Shown piece by piece: positions 9,460 to 19,347 of a stretch of DNA of 53,986 nt. Location: positions 1-53,986 of the IMG/VR virus record IMGVR_UViG_3300042311_001046, one strand, 5' to 3'. Source of the stretch: a virus (taxonomy: Duplodnaviria; Caudoviricetes). The notes below the pieces were generated by a model. That model was not told where the DNA came from. It did not search any database and saw only the letters and a program-made list of their open reading frames with translations. The translations under genes were made by a program, and so were the position numbers. How positions within the stretch are numbered: position 1 is the first letter of the stretch; each line of letters opens with the position of its first letter.

Positions 9460-12204
9460 TTAACATGCTCCTGAAAATGTTAATGGGAATTGACACGGGA
9501 AAGCAACACCACCGCCAGGTCCTGTAAATACGTATGTATAAGTTCCGTCTGAAGATACAATTCCAACAAAACTTGTTGCCCCAATATTATCTGTTATAAC
9601 ATCATTCACTTGTATTTGTAAAGTTTCTGAAGTCTGAGTTAATTGAAGTGTATTACTGTTTATACTAGTCGCACCATTCCATAATGTTGGAACAACTATT
9701 TGACGAACACAATTTGGGGTAAATGACGGAGTTGGGGTTATTGTTGTTGTTGGGGTTTGTGTTGGAGTTTCAGTTGGCGTTGGAGTTTGTGAAGATGTTA
9801 TTGATGGTGTTGGGGTTTGTGTTGGAGTTTCAGTTGGCGTTGGAGTTTGTGAAGATGTTATTGATGGTGTTGGCGTGGGAGTAGGTGTTGATGTATTTGT
9901 TGGAGTTGGGCTTACACAAGTATTAATTTCAGATATAATAAAATCCCCTTCTTCTGTTAGAATGAAATTACCAAGTTCATCAGTTAGATATTGAACACAA
10001 GGGTTAGTTGATGTTGGAGTTGGAGTAGGTGTAATACAAGGATTACGTTCTGAAATAATATAATCACCGCTTTCAGTTAAAATAAAATTACCTAATTCAT
10101 CTGTTAAGTATTCCACACAAAGGTTAGTTGGAGTTACTGTTTGAGTTGGGGTTAATGTTGGGGTAGATGTAAATGAAGGAGTTGGTGTTGGAGTAAGTGT
10201 TGAGGTTTGAGTAACTGATGGTGTTGGAGTTGGAGAAATGAACTCTGACTCGAAAGTAAAATCGATGTTATTACTTATAGAAGATGGGGACACAACCAAA
10301 TTTTCAAACGAACTTGACCCGTTCAAAATGTTAAAATCTTCACCCAATGTTACAAGTGTATTCCCACTTATACCGTTTGGAGGTATTGAAACTGAAGAGG
10401 TTACTAAAATGTTATTTCCTGTTGTAGTTCCAAGTATATGAGTAAACTCAACGGTTATTGTGTCATTAATTGGAAACTCCGTATTTAAAATATATTCTAA
10501 CTTTATCGAACCTGAGCCTATTATAACAAGTAAGTTTAAACCAATCTCAACACCATAAGCAATGTCGCAAGCAGGTTTTGGGTCAAATGTTAAACTCTCT
10601 CTAAGACCTTGTGTTCCCCCACCCCAAGATATGTTAAATGGAACCCCAAGTTGTTTTTCCTTCTCAGCATTTAACCCTCTTGGAATTATTTCCTCAAATC
10701 CATTAATTACATAGAATAATTTTCCATTAACGTAGATTTTAAGGGCTCCAAGTCTATCTGATTTTTCTATTAACCATCTTTCATTTAAATTAACAATCTC
10801 AACTTGGTCAGGTGCAGGACTACCTGTGTGAGTAACAGGAGGTTCAATTAAATTGACCGTATTATTAGATAAACTATCAACGTATTTAAAGTTGGTAATT
10901 AATCCAAGACCTCCTCTGTAATATAAATCACAAGTATCAAACCAAGTATTTCTTTCCCAAACTGCATCAATTAAAACCCAATGTTCTTCAGTCAAAAAAT
11001 CAGGACCATTTACATCACAGTAATCATATATGTTTGATTCTGAACAATATTCTGTAACAGTATAACCCGTTTGATATGTTATCCCAGTAGTTGGAGTTGT
11101 TCCTGTAACAACACAATCGCCAGTAAACTTTAAAACTTTAACACATACCTTTGGATTTGACGGGTCTCCGTCTAATCTTAAAGAAAGTGCGTTTGACATC
11201 GAATCATACAATGGGTCTTTGTCAGGGTTCATAACTGTATTGTTATTACAACCACAGTTACAATCAATATTGTGTTCTACCGTATATTCTATTGGGTTAT
11301 AAACTTCAATACATCTTGAGTTTGTTACACCCGTATTATCACAAGCACAAGTCTTTAGAATACCTTCTAATGCTTGTGTTACTCTTGTATATCCACTATC
11401 AGATGCTGGTGAGCCTGAGGCATGGTGATAAAATTTATTTTCACCTCTTGCTCCAAAATAAAAAAATGTATTTTTATTTTCAGGGTAAACTAAGTTTAAA
11501 GTTGTTTCACCCGATTCAGGACCGAATTCATCAGACAATCTTGGTCTAATAATCATTTCAACAGACCAACCTTTATTTACTCTATTTGGAAAAGTTTCAT
11601 AATCATATCCAAATAATTTGAAAAACCCTTGATAAAAACCACCGTAAAGTTGGTTATATGTTCCAATTTGACTGTTTGTTTTGGAAACTATTTCATAAAC
11701 TGTCCTATCTGTATTTCCTGAAAATCTTTCATTAGGAGGGTCAGTATAACCCGTAACCTGAAACATTTTAAATCTTCTGTCAAAAGAATATCTATTAAAC
11801 TTGTCAACATCATCTAATAATCCCATAGTGAAAGAAATACTTTCACCTGACATTATATCCACAAGTCCATTATCAATAGCGGTTAATCCAATATCACATA
11901 AAGTGGATGCGGTAAACATATCCAAATTTTCATCATTTGGATTATAATAATTTAAAGAAACAAGGGTATTTGCCGAGTTATATATTCCATAGTTTAAAAC
12001 AAATAATTGTGATGACCCTGAATTATTTAAGTCAAAATAAATTGGTAATCTATTACCGTCATTTTGAGCAATTAAATTAGGTGAAAAAACAACTTCTTCG
12101 TTATAGTCCCTTTCATCTGATGCAAGATTTACATCAAGATTTTGACCCGCAGGTCTTAGAAACCATTTTTTATAATTATATTCTCTAATATTCTGTTGCG
12201 ACAT
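9460..12204 (-). CDS. LamG-like structural protein lacking the terminal strand, fused to Pro/Thr repeats
   Basis: LamG-like strands [26 protein letters not shown] and ISWGGG, followed by a beta domain, PT linkers and two [21 protein letters not shown] repeats. Confidence 0.7.
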   Translation of the reverse strand: MSQQNIREYNYKKWFLRPAGQNLDVNLASDERDYNEEVVFSPNLIAQNDGNRLPIYFDLNNSGSSQLFVLNYGIYNSANTLVSLNYYNPNDENLDMFTASTLCDIGLTAIDNGLVDIMSGESISFTMGLLDDVDKFNRYSFDRRFKMFQVTGYTDPPNERFSGNTDRTVYEIVSKTNSQIGTYNQLYGGFYQGFFKLFGYDYETFPNRVNKGWSVEMIIRPRLSDEFGPESGETTLNLVYPENKNTFFYFGARGENKFYHHASGSPASDSGYTRVTQALEGILKTCACDNTGVTNSRCIEVYNPIEYTVEHNIDCNCGCNNNTVMNPDKDPLYDSMSNALSLRLDGDPSNPKVCVKVLKFTGDCVVTGTTPTTGITYQTGYTVTEYCSESNIYDYCDVNGPDFLTEEHWVLIDAVWERNTWFDTCDLYYRGGLGLITNFKYVDSLSNNTVNLIEPPVTHTGSPAPDQVEIVNLNERWLIEKSDRLGALKIYVNGKLFYVINGFEEIIPRGLNAEKEKQLGVPFNISWGGGTQGLRESLTFDPKPACDIAYGVEIGLNLLVIIGSGSIKLEYILNTEFPINDTITVEFTHILGTTTGNNILVTSSVSIPPNGISGNTLVTLGEDFNILNGSSSFENLVVSPSSISNNIDFTFESEFISPTPTPSVTQTSTLTPTPTPSFTSTPTLTPTQTVTPTNLCVEYLTDELGNFILTESGDYIISERNPCITPTPTPTSTNPCVQYLTDELGNFILTEEGDFIISEINTCVSPTPTNTSTPTPTPTPSITSSQTPTPTETPTQTPTPSITSSQTPTPTETPTQTPTTTITPTPSFTPNCVRQIVVPTLWNGATSINSNTLQLTQTSETLQIQVNDVITDNIGATSFVGIVSSDGTYTYVFTGPGGGVAFPCQFPLTFSGAC
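9748..9873. repeat. Perfect 60-bp tandem duplication in a PT linker
   Basis: 9751-9810 is identical to 9811-9870; each unit encodes [20 protein letters not shown]. Confidence 0.95.
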
Positions 12205-12210
12205 CTTACA

Positions 12211-12237
12211 ATAAATACAAGTTTCCGTGTATTTATA
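12211..12237. promoter_or_regulatory. Divergent pair of TATTTAT motifs (putative late promoters)
   Basis: ATAAATA at 12211-12217 (TATTTAT on the minus strand, before ATG 12204) and TATTTATA at 12230-12237 (before ATG 12251). Confidence 0.6.
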
Positions 12238-12250
12238 GATAAAAAACTAT

Positions 12251-13129
12251 ATGCTTTATAGGAAAGAATATTATAAACATCCGTATTACTTTTTCTTGAA
12301 AGAGGGAAAGGAAACTATTACTTTATATTTTAGTGTTCAGAACACTTTATCTGAAGCAAGAAAAAAGGATGAGAAAATTTCTTTCAACAAAAAAGACAAA
12401 AAATATGTTGAAAAGGAGCTGACCAAAATATTCCAAGAGAAAAAAGCCAAATCAACAGAAGATGTTAAGAAAAAACTAGAAAAGGTTAAATCTGAAATAG
12501 AAGAATTAGTAGATTATGACGGAACTTTTTTAAGTTCAAAAGTACCAATTCTTAACCCAAAATTAGCTCCAAAAGGAACTATAGACCAAGAAGTGGTACA
12601 GAATAGACAAACAAATAATCCTGTAACAAGAGGTTATAGAGTTTATTGGGGTGAAAGTGAAGATGAAGAGGGCGATGTGGTATCTGAAATTGATTTAAGT
12701 GACACATTTGGTGGTCCTGAAACTCAGGATTTGAACGGCCCTGAAACATTTAATAAATTTTTTAAAGAGTTTGAATTACCCGCAGAAGAAGCCGCTGAAA
12801 GAACAAGACAACAAGGTAAAGAACCCGACCAAAGAGAACATAAGAAAAAACTTAAAAGAGTTCCAAAAAAAATTAGAAAGAAAAAAAATTATATAGATAC
12901 ATTAACGCTTGTTGAGAGAAGAAAAATAGAAGAGGAGAGAAAAGAAAAAATGCGTAAAATGGTTGAGGATATGGTTTTGGGTAAAAAATCAAATGATAAA
13001 GAAGTTAATAAAAAAAATTCCGCAATGAGTAAACTATTGACAAAAAATTTGGAGTCGATAAAAAAAATTGCAGAGAAGGAAGGAATATCAGTTTCTGAAT
13101 TAATCAAAATACTTAAAAAAGGTGAATAA
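12251..13129 (+). CDS. Hypothetical highly charged protein (putative virion or head-associated)
   Basis: 292-aa Lys/Glu-rich ORF, first gene of an operon preceded by TATTTAT. Confidence 0.75.
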   Translation: MLYRKEYYKHPYYFFLKEGKETITLYFSVQNTLSEARKKDEKISFNKKDKKYVEKELTKIFQEKKAKSTEDVKKKLEKVKSEIEELVDYDGTFLSSKVPILNPKLAPKGTIDQEVVQNRQTNNPVTRGYRVYWGESEDEEGDVVSEIDLSDTFGGPETQDLNGPETFNKFFKEFELPAEEAAERTRQQGKEPDQREHKKKLKRVPKKIRKKKNYIDTLTLVERRKIEEERKEKMRKMVEDMVLGKKSNDKEVNKKNSAMSKLLTKNLESIKKIAEKEGISVSELIKILKKGE

Positions 13130-13571
13130 AGATTTATACGGAAAAGAATACGAGGTACCTTCTGACGTTCTTGAAAATTTAAACAGTTTCAGGGGTGAAA
13201 AAACTATTGAAAATATAATTAATAATAAAAAAATATCTTACTCACTACTCAAAAGATTAAAAAACAGAATGGAAAATGGTGAAATAGATAATTTAGGTGG
13301 AGAAAATTTTAAAAATTGGGTTGAACAAAAATTAGGTGAGGATAGAAGAGCAATACACACATCAAAAGATGTAAAAAGAAAAAGTGGCGTTGCAAATGCT
13401 TTTATAAGACCTCACTCTAAAAAAGATTTAATTAGACCCAATCAAAGACATAGAAAAGCATCCGAAAGACACGATACTTGGAGTGACAACAGTAGTAATT
13501 TTAACTTAAAACTCGAGTCTCGTATTATTGAGGAACTTCAAATAATAAACGAAATAATAAAAAAAATGTAA
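13122..13571 (+). CDS. Hypothetical protein
   Basis: 149-aa ORF overlapping the upstream stop codon. Confidence 0.7.
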   Translation: MNKDLYGKEYEVPSDVLENLNSFRGEKTIENIINNKKISYSLLKRLKNRMENGEIDNLGGENFKNWVEQKLGEDRRAIHTSKDVKRKSGVANAFIRPHSKKDLIRPNQRHRKASERHDTWSDNSSNFNLKLESRIIEELQIINEIIKKM

Positions 13572-13572
13572 A

Positions 13573-13860
13573 ATGGCAACTTTCGAACCGTTAGATTTCA
13601 ATCAACCTGATAATAAATTAACTCAGGTCGCTCAACAAATTAGAACATCACAACTAGTTAAAAATGACTACAGCAATGAAAATCAATTCAGCTCAACAAG
13701 TCCTGATGCGATTTCAGATGGAGACATTAGAGGTAAAGGTACTGGAACTTTTTTGGACACATCTCAAGGTGGTAATTCTATTGACGTTATGGAAAGAATT
13801 AACAACATCAAGATTAACCAATTTAGTTTCGACAAACCTTACCAAGTTCCTGGAACGTAA
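13573..13860 (+). CDS. Hypothetical protein (putative structural)
   Basis: 95-aa ORF coupled to the next gene by TAATG. Confidence 0.7.
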   Translation: MATFEPLDFNQPDNKLTQVAQQIRTSQLVKNDYSNENQFSSTSPDAISDGDIRGKGTGTFLDTSQGGNSIDVMERINNIKINQFSFDKPYQVPGT

Positions 13861-14252
13861 TGAGACTTTACAATACGATAAAGCAAATTATCTTAGAAAA
13901 GTCCTTTGACCAAATTGCGAACTCTGTTAGAAACAAAAATCTAGTAACAATTTACTACGATGGAGAAGACAACGGAGGTAAAGGTTTAAGGGTTATAGAA
14001 CCATTTTGCTTTGGAGTATCAAAGGCCGGAAACGCAGTTATAAGAGCATGGGAACGAGAGGGGGCTTCCTTTACTGCACAAAAAGGGGAGCAACCTCTAC
14101 CTGGTTGGCGTCTTTTTAGGGTGGATAGAATTGGTAGTTATAATGTAGACCCAAGGGACTCATTTAATGAACCAAGACCACTTTACAACCCTAACGACAA
14201 AGGAATGAGTAGTATTAAACTTTGTGCAAAATTTGAATTAGAGGGAACATGA
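13860..14252 (+). CDS. Stand-alone WYL-domain protein
   Basis: VTIYY..RVIEP..G...IRAW...WRLFRVDRI signature; no HTH domain. Confidence 0.85.
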   Translation: MRLYNTIKQIILEKSFDQIANSVRNKNLVTIYYDGEDNGGKGLRVIEPFCFGVSKAGNAVIRAWEREGASFTAQKGEQPLPGWRLFRVDRIGSYNVDPRDSFNEPRPLYNPNDKGMSSIKLCAKFELEGT

Positions 14253-14827
14253 CAGACGATTTTATAAAAAAACTTATGGTGTCTAAGCAGATTATGGATA
14301 GACACAACGATATTCCAAGAGGAAATGCCCAAGGTGGTATTACTGAAAGTATTACATCTCCGTCACAAATAGATGTATACGAGCCCAAACCCGTGGCAGC
14401 AAATTATAATATTCCACAAGAGTATCTTAGTCAACAACCATCAAAACCAATTACCCCTCCTGTTGTAACTGAAGATAAAATAAAAAATTCCAAACTTCCT
14501 GATGCAATAAAGGAGTTAATGATGAAACATCCCATTAAACAACCCGAATCATATTCTCCAAGTTTATCCGAAGATATTATAGAAAGGGCATCAAGATTAA
14601 TGGGTGAAAATAAGAGTATTACTCAAACATCAAACAAAGTTAATCCTAAACCAAGCCAATCCTCTAATGGAGATTTAAAAAAAATAGTGAAAGAAACTTT
14701 GGAAGAACTCCTTATTGAGCACGGGATTATTTCTGAATCCCAAACAAAGACAGATGAGATTTTTCAGTTTAAGGTTGGCAAACATCTTTTTGAAGGTAAA
14801 GTTACCAAAATAAAAAAATTAAGATAG
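14249..14827 (+). CDS. Hypothetical protein
   Basis: 192-aa ORF followed by a terminator hairpin. Confidence 0.75.
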   Translation: MTDDFIKKLMVSKQIMDRHNDIPRGNAQGGITESITSPSQIDVYEPKPVAANYNIPQEYLSQQPSKPITPPVVTEDKIKNSKLPDAIKELMMKHPIKQPESYSPSLSEDIIERASRLMGENKSITQTSNKVNPKPSQSSNGDLKKIVKETLEELLIEHGIISESQTKTDEIFQFKVGKHLFEGKVTKIKKLR

Positions 14828-14832
14828 ACACT

Positions 14833-14859
14833 AACCCTCCAATCGGAGGGTTTTTATTT
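14833..14859 (+). terminator. Rho-independent terminator
   Basis: AACCCTCC-aatc-GGAGGGTT followed by a T-tract, just after the stop at 14827. Confidence 0.85.
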
Positions 14860-14868
14860 CTATATCCC

Positions 14869-14900
14869 TTGAAAGAGGTGAAAATTTGACTTATATTTAG
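14869..14900 (+). promoter_or_regulatory. Putative host-RNAP (sigma70-type) promoter for the glycosylation cluster
   Basis: TTGAAA-N17-TATATT(TAG); the -10 also resembles the Bacteroidota -7 element TAnnTTTG. Confidence 0.5.
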
Positions 14901-14943
14901 TGGACTTGGAGCTATAAACTTAAAATTTCCAAGTTATTTTTAT

Positions 14944-16158
14944 ATGTCAAAAATTAAAGTATTAGTTGTTCCTTCTGACAGGACAGGTGTAGGTAAATTT
15001 CGTTCTATAGACCCTCATATTTTTTTACAAAAGCTATATCCTGATGATTTTCATGTTGATATTATCTTTGACTTAGATTTTAATGATATAAGTTTTTGGA
15101 AAGATTATCAGATTGTTCATTTTCATAGAAGTATCGGTCCTGATATGGATGGCTCAATTCGATTTATACCGTTTCTAAACTCTTTGGGTATTATAACCAT
15201 ATGTGATATAGATGACTATTGGTTACCTACAAAAGAGCATCCACTTCATCAACTTATTGTACAAAATAAAATAAATGAAAAGATTGTTGCTAATATCAAA
15301 GCTGCTAGTTATGTTACGACAACTACTGAACTTTATGCCGATGAAATAAGTAAAATTAATAGAAACGTAATTGTTCTACCAAATGCGATTGACCCTAATG
15401 AAGCTCAGTTTAAAGAAAAAACTGAAGAAAGTGACAGACTAAGAGTTGGGTGGCTCGGAGGCTCATCTCACTTGCACGACCTTATGTTACTTGACGGGAT
15501 GGTTGCAAAACTAACGGATATTAAAGATAAACTTCAATTTGTGGTTTGTGGGTTTGATACGAGAGGCACAATGACTGAAATTAATCAACAGACAGGAGAA
15601 CAAAAACAGAGGCCAATTAAACCACATGAAACTGTTTGGTATGAATATGAAAAAATATTCACTGACAATTACAAAATTGTAACTCCTGAATATAAAGATT
15701 ATCTAGAAAAATTTATACAGGACCCATTTGAAAATGAAATAAGTGAAAACTACCTTCGAGTTTGGACAAAACCTGTAACATCTTACGCTAAAAACTACTC
15801 AAAATTTGATGTATCTTTGGCACCAATTAAACAACACATTTTTAATAAGGTTAAATCTCAATTGAAGGTAATTGAGGCTGGATTCTATAAGAAAGCGCTT
15901 ATCGCATCAAACTATGGTCCTTACACAATTGACCTTAAGCATTGTTTAAAAAATGGAGAATTTGTAGATGGAAACGCTTTATTGGTTGATGAAGTTAGAA
16001 ACCATTCAGATTGGTCAAAATATATTAAAAAGTTACAGCAGAACCCAAATATGGTTAAAGACATGGGAGAAAGATTATACGAACACGTATCACAAAGATA
16101 TGACCTAGCAATTGTAACAAAAACACGAAGTGAATTTTATAAATCATTAATAAAATAA
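14944..16158 (+). CDS. Glycosyltransferase, GT-B fold (GT4-like)
   Basis: CDIDDYW, VLPNAID, VGWLGGSSH, FDVSLAP..FNKVKSQLKVIEAG motifs. Confidence 0.85.
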   Translation: MSKIKVLVVPSDRTGVGKFRSIDPHIFLQKLYPDDFHVDIIFDLDFNDISFWKDYQIVHFHRSIGPDMDGSIRFIPFLNSLGIITICDIDDYWLPTKEHPLHQLIVQNKINEKIVANIKAASYVTTTTELYADEISKINRNVIVLPNAIDPNEAQFKEKTEESDRLRVGWLGGSSHLHDLMLLDGMVAKLTDIKDKLQFVVCGFDTRGTMTEINQQTGEQKQRPIKPHETVWYEYEKIFTDNYKIVTPEYKDYLEKFIQDPFENEISENYLRVWTKPVTSYAKNYSKFDVSLAPIKQHIFNKVKSQLKVIEAGFYKKALIASNYGPYTIDLKHCLKNGEFVDGNALLVDEVRNHSDWSKYIKKLQQNPNMVKDMGERLYEHVSQRYDLAIVTKTRSEFYKSLIK

Positions 16159-16162
16159 TTTA

Positions 16163-16615
16163 ATGAAGTTAGATAGCAAAAAAGTAATAGGATTTACTGC
16201 GGGTAATTTTGACCTACTACATCCTGGTTATATATACACGTTTGAAGAAGCCAAAAGACATTGTGATTACTTTATGGTTTTTTTACAGAGAGACCCCTCC
16301 GAGTCTAGATACACTAAATATAAACCTGTAATCCCACTTTATGAAAGATATAAAACTTTAATGTCGGTTAAGTATGTCGATGAGGTTGTAACATATCAAA
16401 CAGAAGAAGACTTAGTTAAATTAATAGAGTTTTATAAACCAGACATAAGAATTTTAGGTGATGATTATATTGGAAAAAGATTTACTGGAGACCATTTACC
16501 AATAAAAGTTATTTACACAACTAGGTCACACGATTGGTCTACCACCAAAATAAAAGATTTAATTACTATACAGACAATTAGACAAAATCCAGAAATAATT
16601 GAAAGGTCAAAATGA
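16163..16615 (+). CDS. Cytidylyltransferase-family protein (TagD/RfaE-like)
   Basis: GNFDLLHPGY (HxGH variant), ER...VDEV, GDDY and STT motifs. Confidence 0.85.
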   Translation: MKLDSKKVIGFTAGNFDLLHPGYIYTFEEAKRHCDYFMVFLQRDPSESRYTKYKPVIPLYERYKTLMSVKYVDEVVTYQTEEDLVKLIEFYKPDIRILGDDYIGKRFTGDHLPIKVIYTTRSHDWSTTKIKDLITIQTIRQNPEIIERSK

Positions 16616-17337
16616 TAAACTTACCATTAAATAAAATACTTTTTATTGACATTGAAACTGTTGGTATTTCATCAACGTTTGAAAATTTTAAGTCGGACTA
16701 TCCTGAACTTTATCATCAATACATAAAGTATTATGATTGGTTTTTGAAAAGATTTCCTGAGGATGATACAACAGTTAGTAATAGTGAACTTGCCGATAAG
16801 AAACAAGAAAGAATTTTTGAAAGTAGGTCGGCTTTAGTTCCTGAATTTGCCAAAATTATTTGTGTATCGGCAGGAGTTGTTGATAAAGAAGGGGAACTCA
16901 AGAAAATGTCTTACTTTAATTCTGATGAAAAAGTATTACTTGAAGAAGTAAATAAACTACTTGGCAGAGTTAATGGACCAGGATTTTCAATTTGTGGACA
17001 CAATGTTAAAAACTTTGATATCCCGATGCTTGCAAAAAGAATGATTATTAATGGGATTAAACCATCATCAATCCTGCCAAGTTATGATACCAAGCCTTGG
17101 GAAATTAGAGCAATTGACACAAAAGAAATTTGGCAATATGGGCAGTTTGGAGCACTGTCAAGTTTAGAACTTATGTGCATTTCAATGGGAATTCCAACAC
17201 CAAAAAGTGATGAAATATCGGGAGATAAAATACACCATTTATTTTGGAATGAAAACAAGTATGATTTAATAAAAGAATATTGTGAAAAAGATGTGGATAC
17301 AGTATTTGAGTTAGTTAAAAAAATTAAAAATTTATGA
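16612..17337 (+). CDS. DnaQ/PolB-like 3'-5' exonuclease
   Basis: ExoI FIDIET, ExoII GHNVKNFD, ExoIII YCEKD. Confidence 0.85.
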   Translation: MINLPLNKILFIDIETVGISSTFENFKSDYPELYHQYIKYYDWFLKRFPEDDTTVSNSELADKKQERIFESRSALVPEFAKIICVSAGVVDKEGELKKMSYFNSDEKVLLEEVNKLLGRVNGPGFSICGHNVKNFDIPMLAKRMIINGIKPSSILPSYDTKPWEIRAIDTKEIWQYGQFGALSSLELMCISMGIPTPKSDEISGDKIHHLFWNENKYDLIKEYCEKDVDTVFELVKKIKNL

Positions 17338-17906
17338 GCGGAAAAAATATACACGATGAATTTGAGGAGTTAAAAAAAATGTTATTGTTTGAAGAACCAA
17401 CTAATGATTACACGGAACTTCTCGATAAATTAGGATTAGATATGAAAACATTAGAAGAAAATTCTTTCTCTTCTGTTGAATTAGAGTATAAAAGTGAAAC
17501 GGGTAAAGAACTGTCTTATGTGTACCCAACCGATAGCGGATTTGATTTATACGCTTCAGAAGAAGTTCATTTATTACCTTTTGGCAGAGCTTTAGTACCT
17601 ACAGGAGTTAGATTTAATATTCCTCCGTTTTATGAAATACAAGTTAGGTCAAAAAGTGGACTTGCAATAAACAAGGGTCTTATGGTTTTAAATTCTCCTG
17701 GCACAGTTGACCAAGGATACACAGGTGAAGTTAAAGTAATTGTTTTTAACGCGAGTGACTTGTCTCAAACAATAGAGAAGGGTACAAAAATAGCTCAAGC
17801 GGTTCTCTCTATTTGTATTCCAGGTAAGTCAGTTAATTTAAAAATGGTTGAAGCAATAAACAATAAAGACCGAAATGAAAACGGTTTTGGGAGCACAGGA
17901 ATATGA
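17334..17906 (+). CDS. dut: Trimeric dUTPase with an N-terminal extension
   Basis: SGFDL, RSKSGLA, GTVDQGYTGEV, KIAQ and RNENGFGSTG motifs. Confidence 0.95.
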   Translation: MSGKNIHDEFEELKKMLLFEEPTNDYTELLDKLGLDMKTLEENSFSSVELEYKSETGKELSYVYPTDSGFDLYASEEVHLLPFGRALVPTGVRFNIPPFYEIQVRSKSGLAINKGLMVLNSPGTVDQGYTGEVKVIVFNASDLSQTIEKGTKIAQAVLSICIPGKSVNLKMVEAINNKDRNENGFGSTGI

Positions 17907-19321
17907 TTACAATAGGATTTAGTACAAGAAAATCAAACCCTCAGTATGTTGAAATTTTAAAGAAGTCTTGTGGGTTAAAAAATGTTGAGGTTATCGAAAT
18001 CGTAAATGATGGAATAATGTCATTACCCGAAGCTTACAATAAAATTCTTAGTGAGTCATCAAACAATATTGTTGTTCTATGTCATGATGATTTAGAATTT
18101 GATACCAATAATTGGGGTAGTAAGTTATTAAAGCATTATAGTAAAAACCCCGAATTCGGGGTAATTGGTCTTGCCGGTTCAAAGTATTTACCTGACTCTG
18201 GTAAATGGTGGGAGATACCGCAAACAATGTACGGAATTGTTAATCACAAAAATGAAGGTAAAAAATGGACCAGTACTTATTCTAAACATATAAATAATAA
18301 TATCGAGGAAGTTGTTTTAATAGATGGATTATTTATGACCTTGGATAAAACCAAAATCAAACATAAATTTGATGAAGAGTTTAAAGGATTTCACTTTTAT
18401 GATTTGTCTTTCTGTGTTCCAAATCACATAGATGGTATTAAAATAGGAATTGTTACTGACATTAGAGTTACTCACTTGTCTATTGGTATGACCAATCAAT
18501 CATGGGAGGATAATAGAGTATTCTTTTCAGAAAAATTTAAAAAAAATCTGCCTTTAGACATTACAAACAACGGTGTTTGTGAAACGTTTATTTTCTGTCA
18601 TAACCAAGATATAATTTTAGATTATGAAAAATCAGGTAAATTTAAAAACCTTAAAAAATATAGATACGTATTTTTAGGTAATGGAGACACTGATAAAATA
18701 GATAATAATTCAAATATTATTATTGCAAAAAATTTACCTAATAATATTGAAGATTACCCTAATATAAATGCCTATACAGGGTGGTATGCGTTGTGGAAAA
18801 ATAATTTTATTACCACACCTTATATTAATCTATTTGAATACGATGTCATCCTTAATCCTAATTTGGAACAAACTATGGATAAATTTATGTATGACGGTCA
18901 AAAAATGATTGGGTATATCCCGTTTCTTTGTTCAAATTATCATTTTATAGATAATAAAGATTGGGTTGAGGAATTGTTTGTTGCAATAAAAAAAGTTTAC
19001 AAAATAGACTTAGAAAAAACTATAAGATTATACATGAAACAAAACCCCAACCTTGGTTGGTCAACTACGAGCAATTGTACAATGGAGGTTTCATTTTTCA
19101 ATGATTACATGAAGTGGTTTGAACCTCTCGCTGATTTGATTAAACATTCTAAAACTGCCGGTCACGGACACGAAAGGTCAATTACTTTTTTCTGTTTAAT
19201 GTATAAACACATCCCAATTCTTACTCAAGGGTTTATAAAACATCTTCAAATGAATTCTCACGGAACTCAAGACCATTACGTTGATTATGATAAAAACATT
19301 AAGGAATTAATTGAAAACTAA
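17903..19321 (+). CDS. Two-domain glycosyltransferase (GT-A N-terminal domain plus a second GT-A-like domain)
   Basis: LCHDD, GVIGLAG, LIDGLFM and FDE..GFHFYD in the N-terminal domain; the C-terminal domain is paralogous to the next ORF. Confidence 0.8.
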   Translation: MITIGFSTRKSNPQYVEILKKSCGLKNVEVIEIVNDGIMSLPEAYNKILSESSNNIVVLCHDDLEFDTNNWGSKLLKHYSKNPEFGVIGLAGSKYLPDSGKWWEIPQTMYGIVNHKNEGKKWTSTYSKHINNNIEEVVLIDGLFMTLDKTKIKHKFDEEFKGFHFYDLSFCVPNHIDGIKIGIVTDIRVTHLSIGMTNQSWEDNRVFFSEKFKKNLPLDITNNGVCETFIFCHNQDIILDYEKSGKFKNLKKYRYVFLGNGDTDKIDNNSNIIIAKNLPNNIEDYPNINAYTGWYALWKNNFITTPYINLFEYDVILNPNLEQTMDKFMYDGQKMIGYIPFLCSNYHFIDNKDWVEELFVAIKKVYKIDLEKTIRLYMKQNPNLGWSTTSNCTMEVSFFNDYMKWFEPLADLIKHSKTAGHGHERSITFFCLMYKHIPILTQGFIKHLQMNSHGTQDHYVDYDKNIKELIEN

Positions 19322-19347
19322 TGAAATATTTAGTAAAAATATAATAT

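Noticed and set aside
14904-14934. ACTTGGA...TCCAAGT inverted repeat in the leader as a structured RNA
   Set aside because: Only 7 bp with a long loop; too weak to call.
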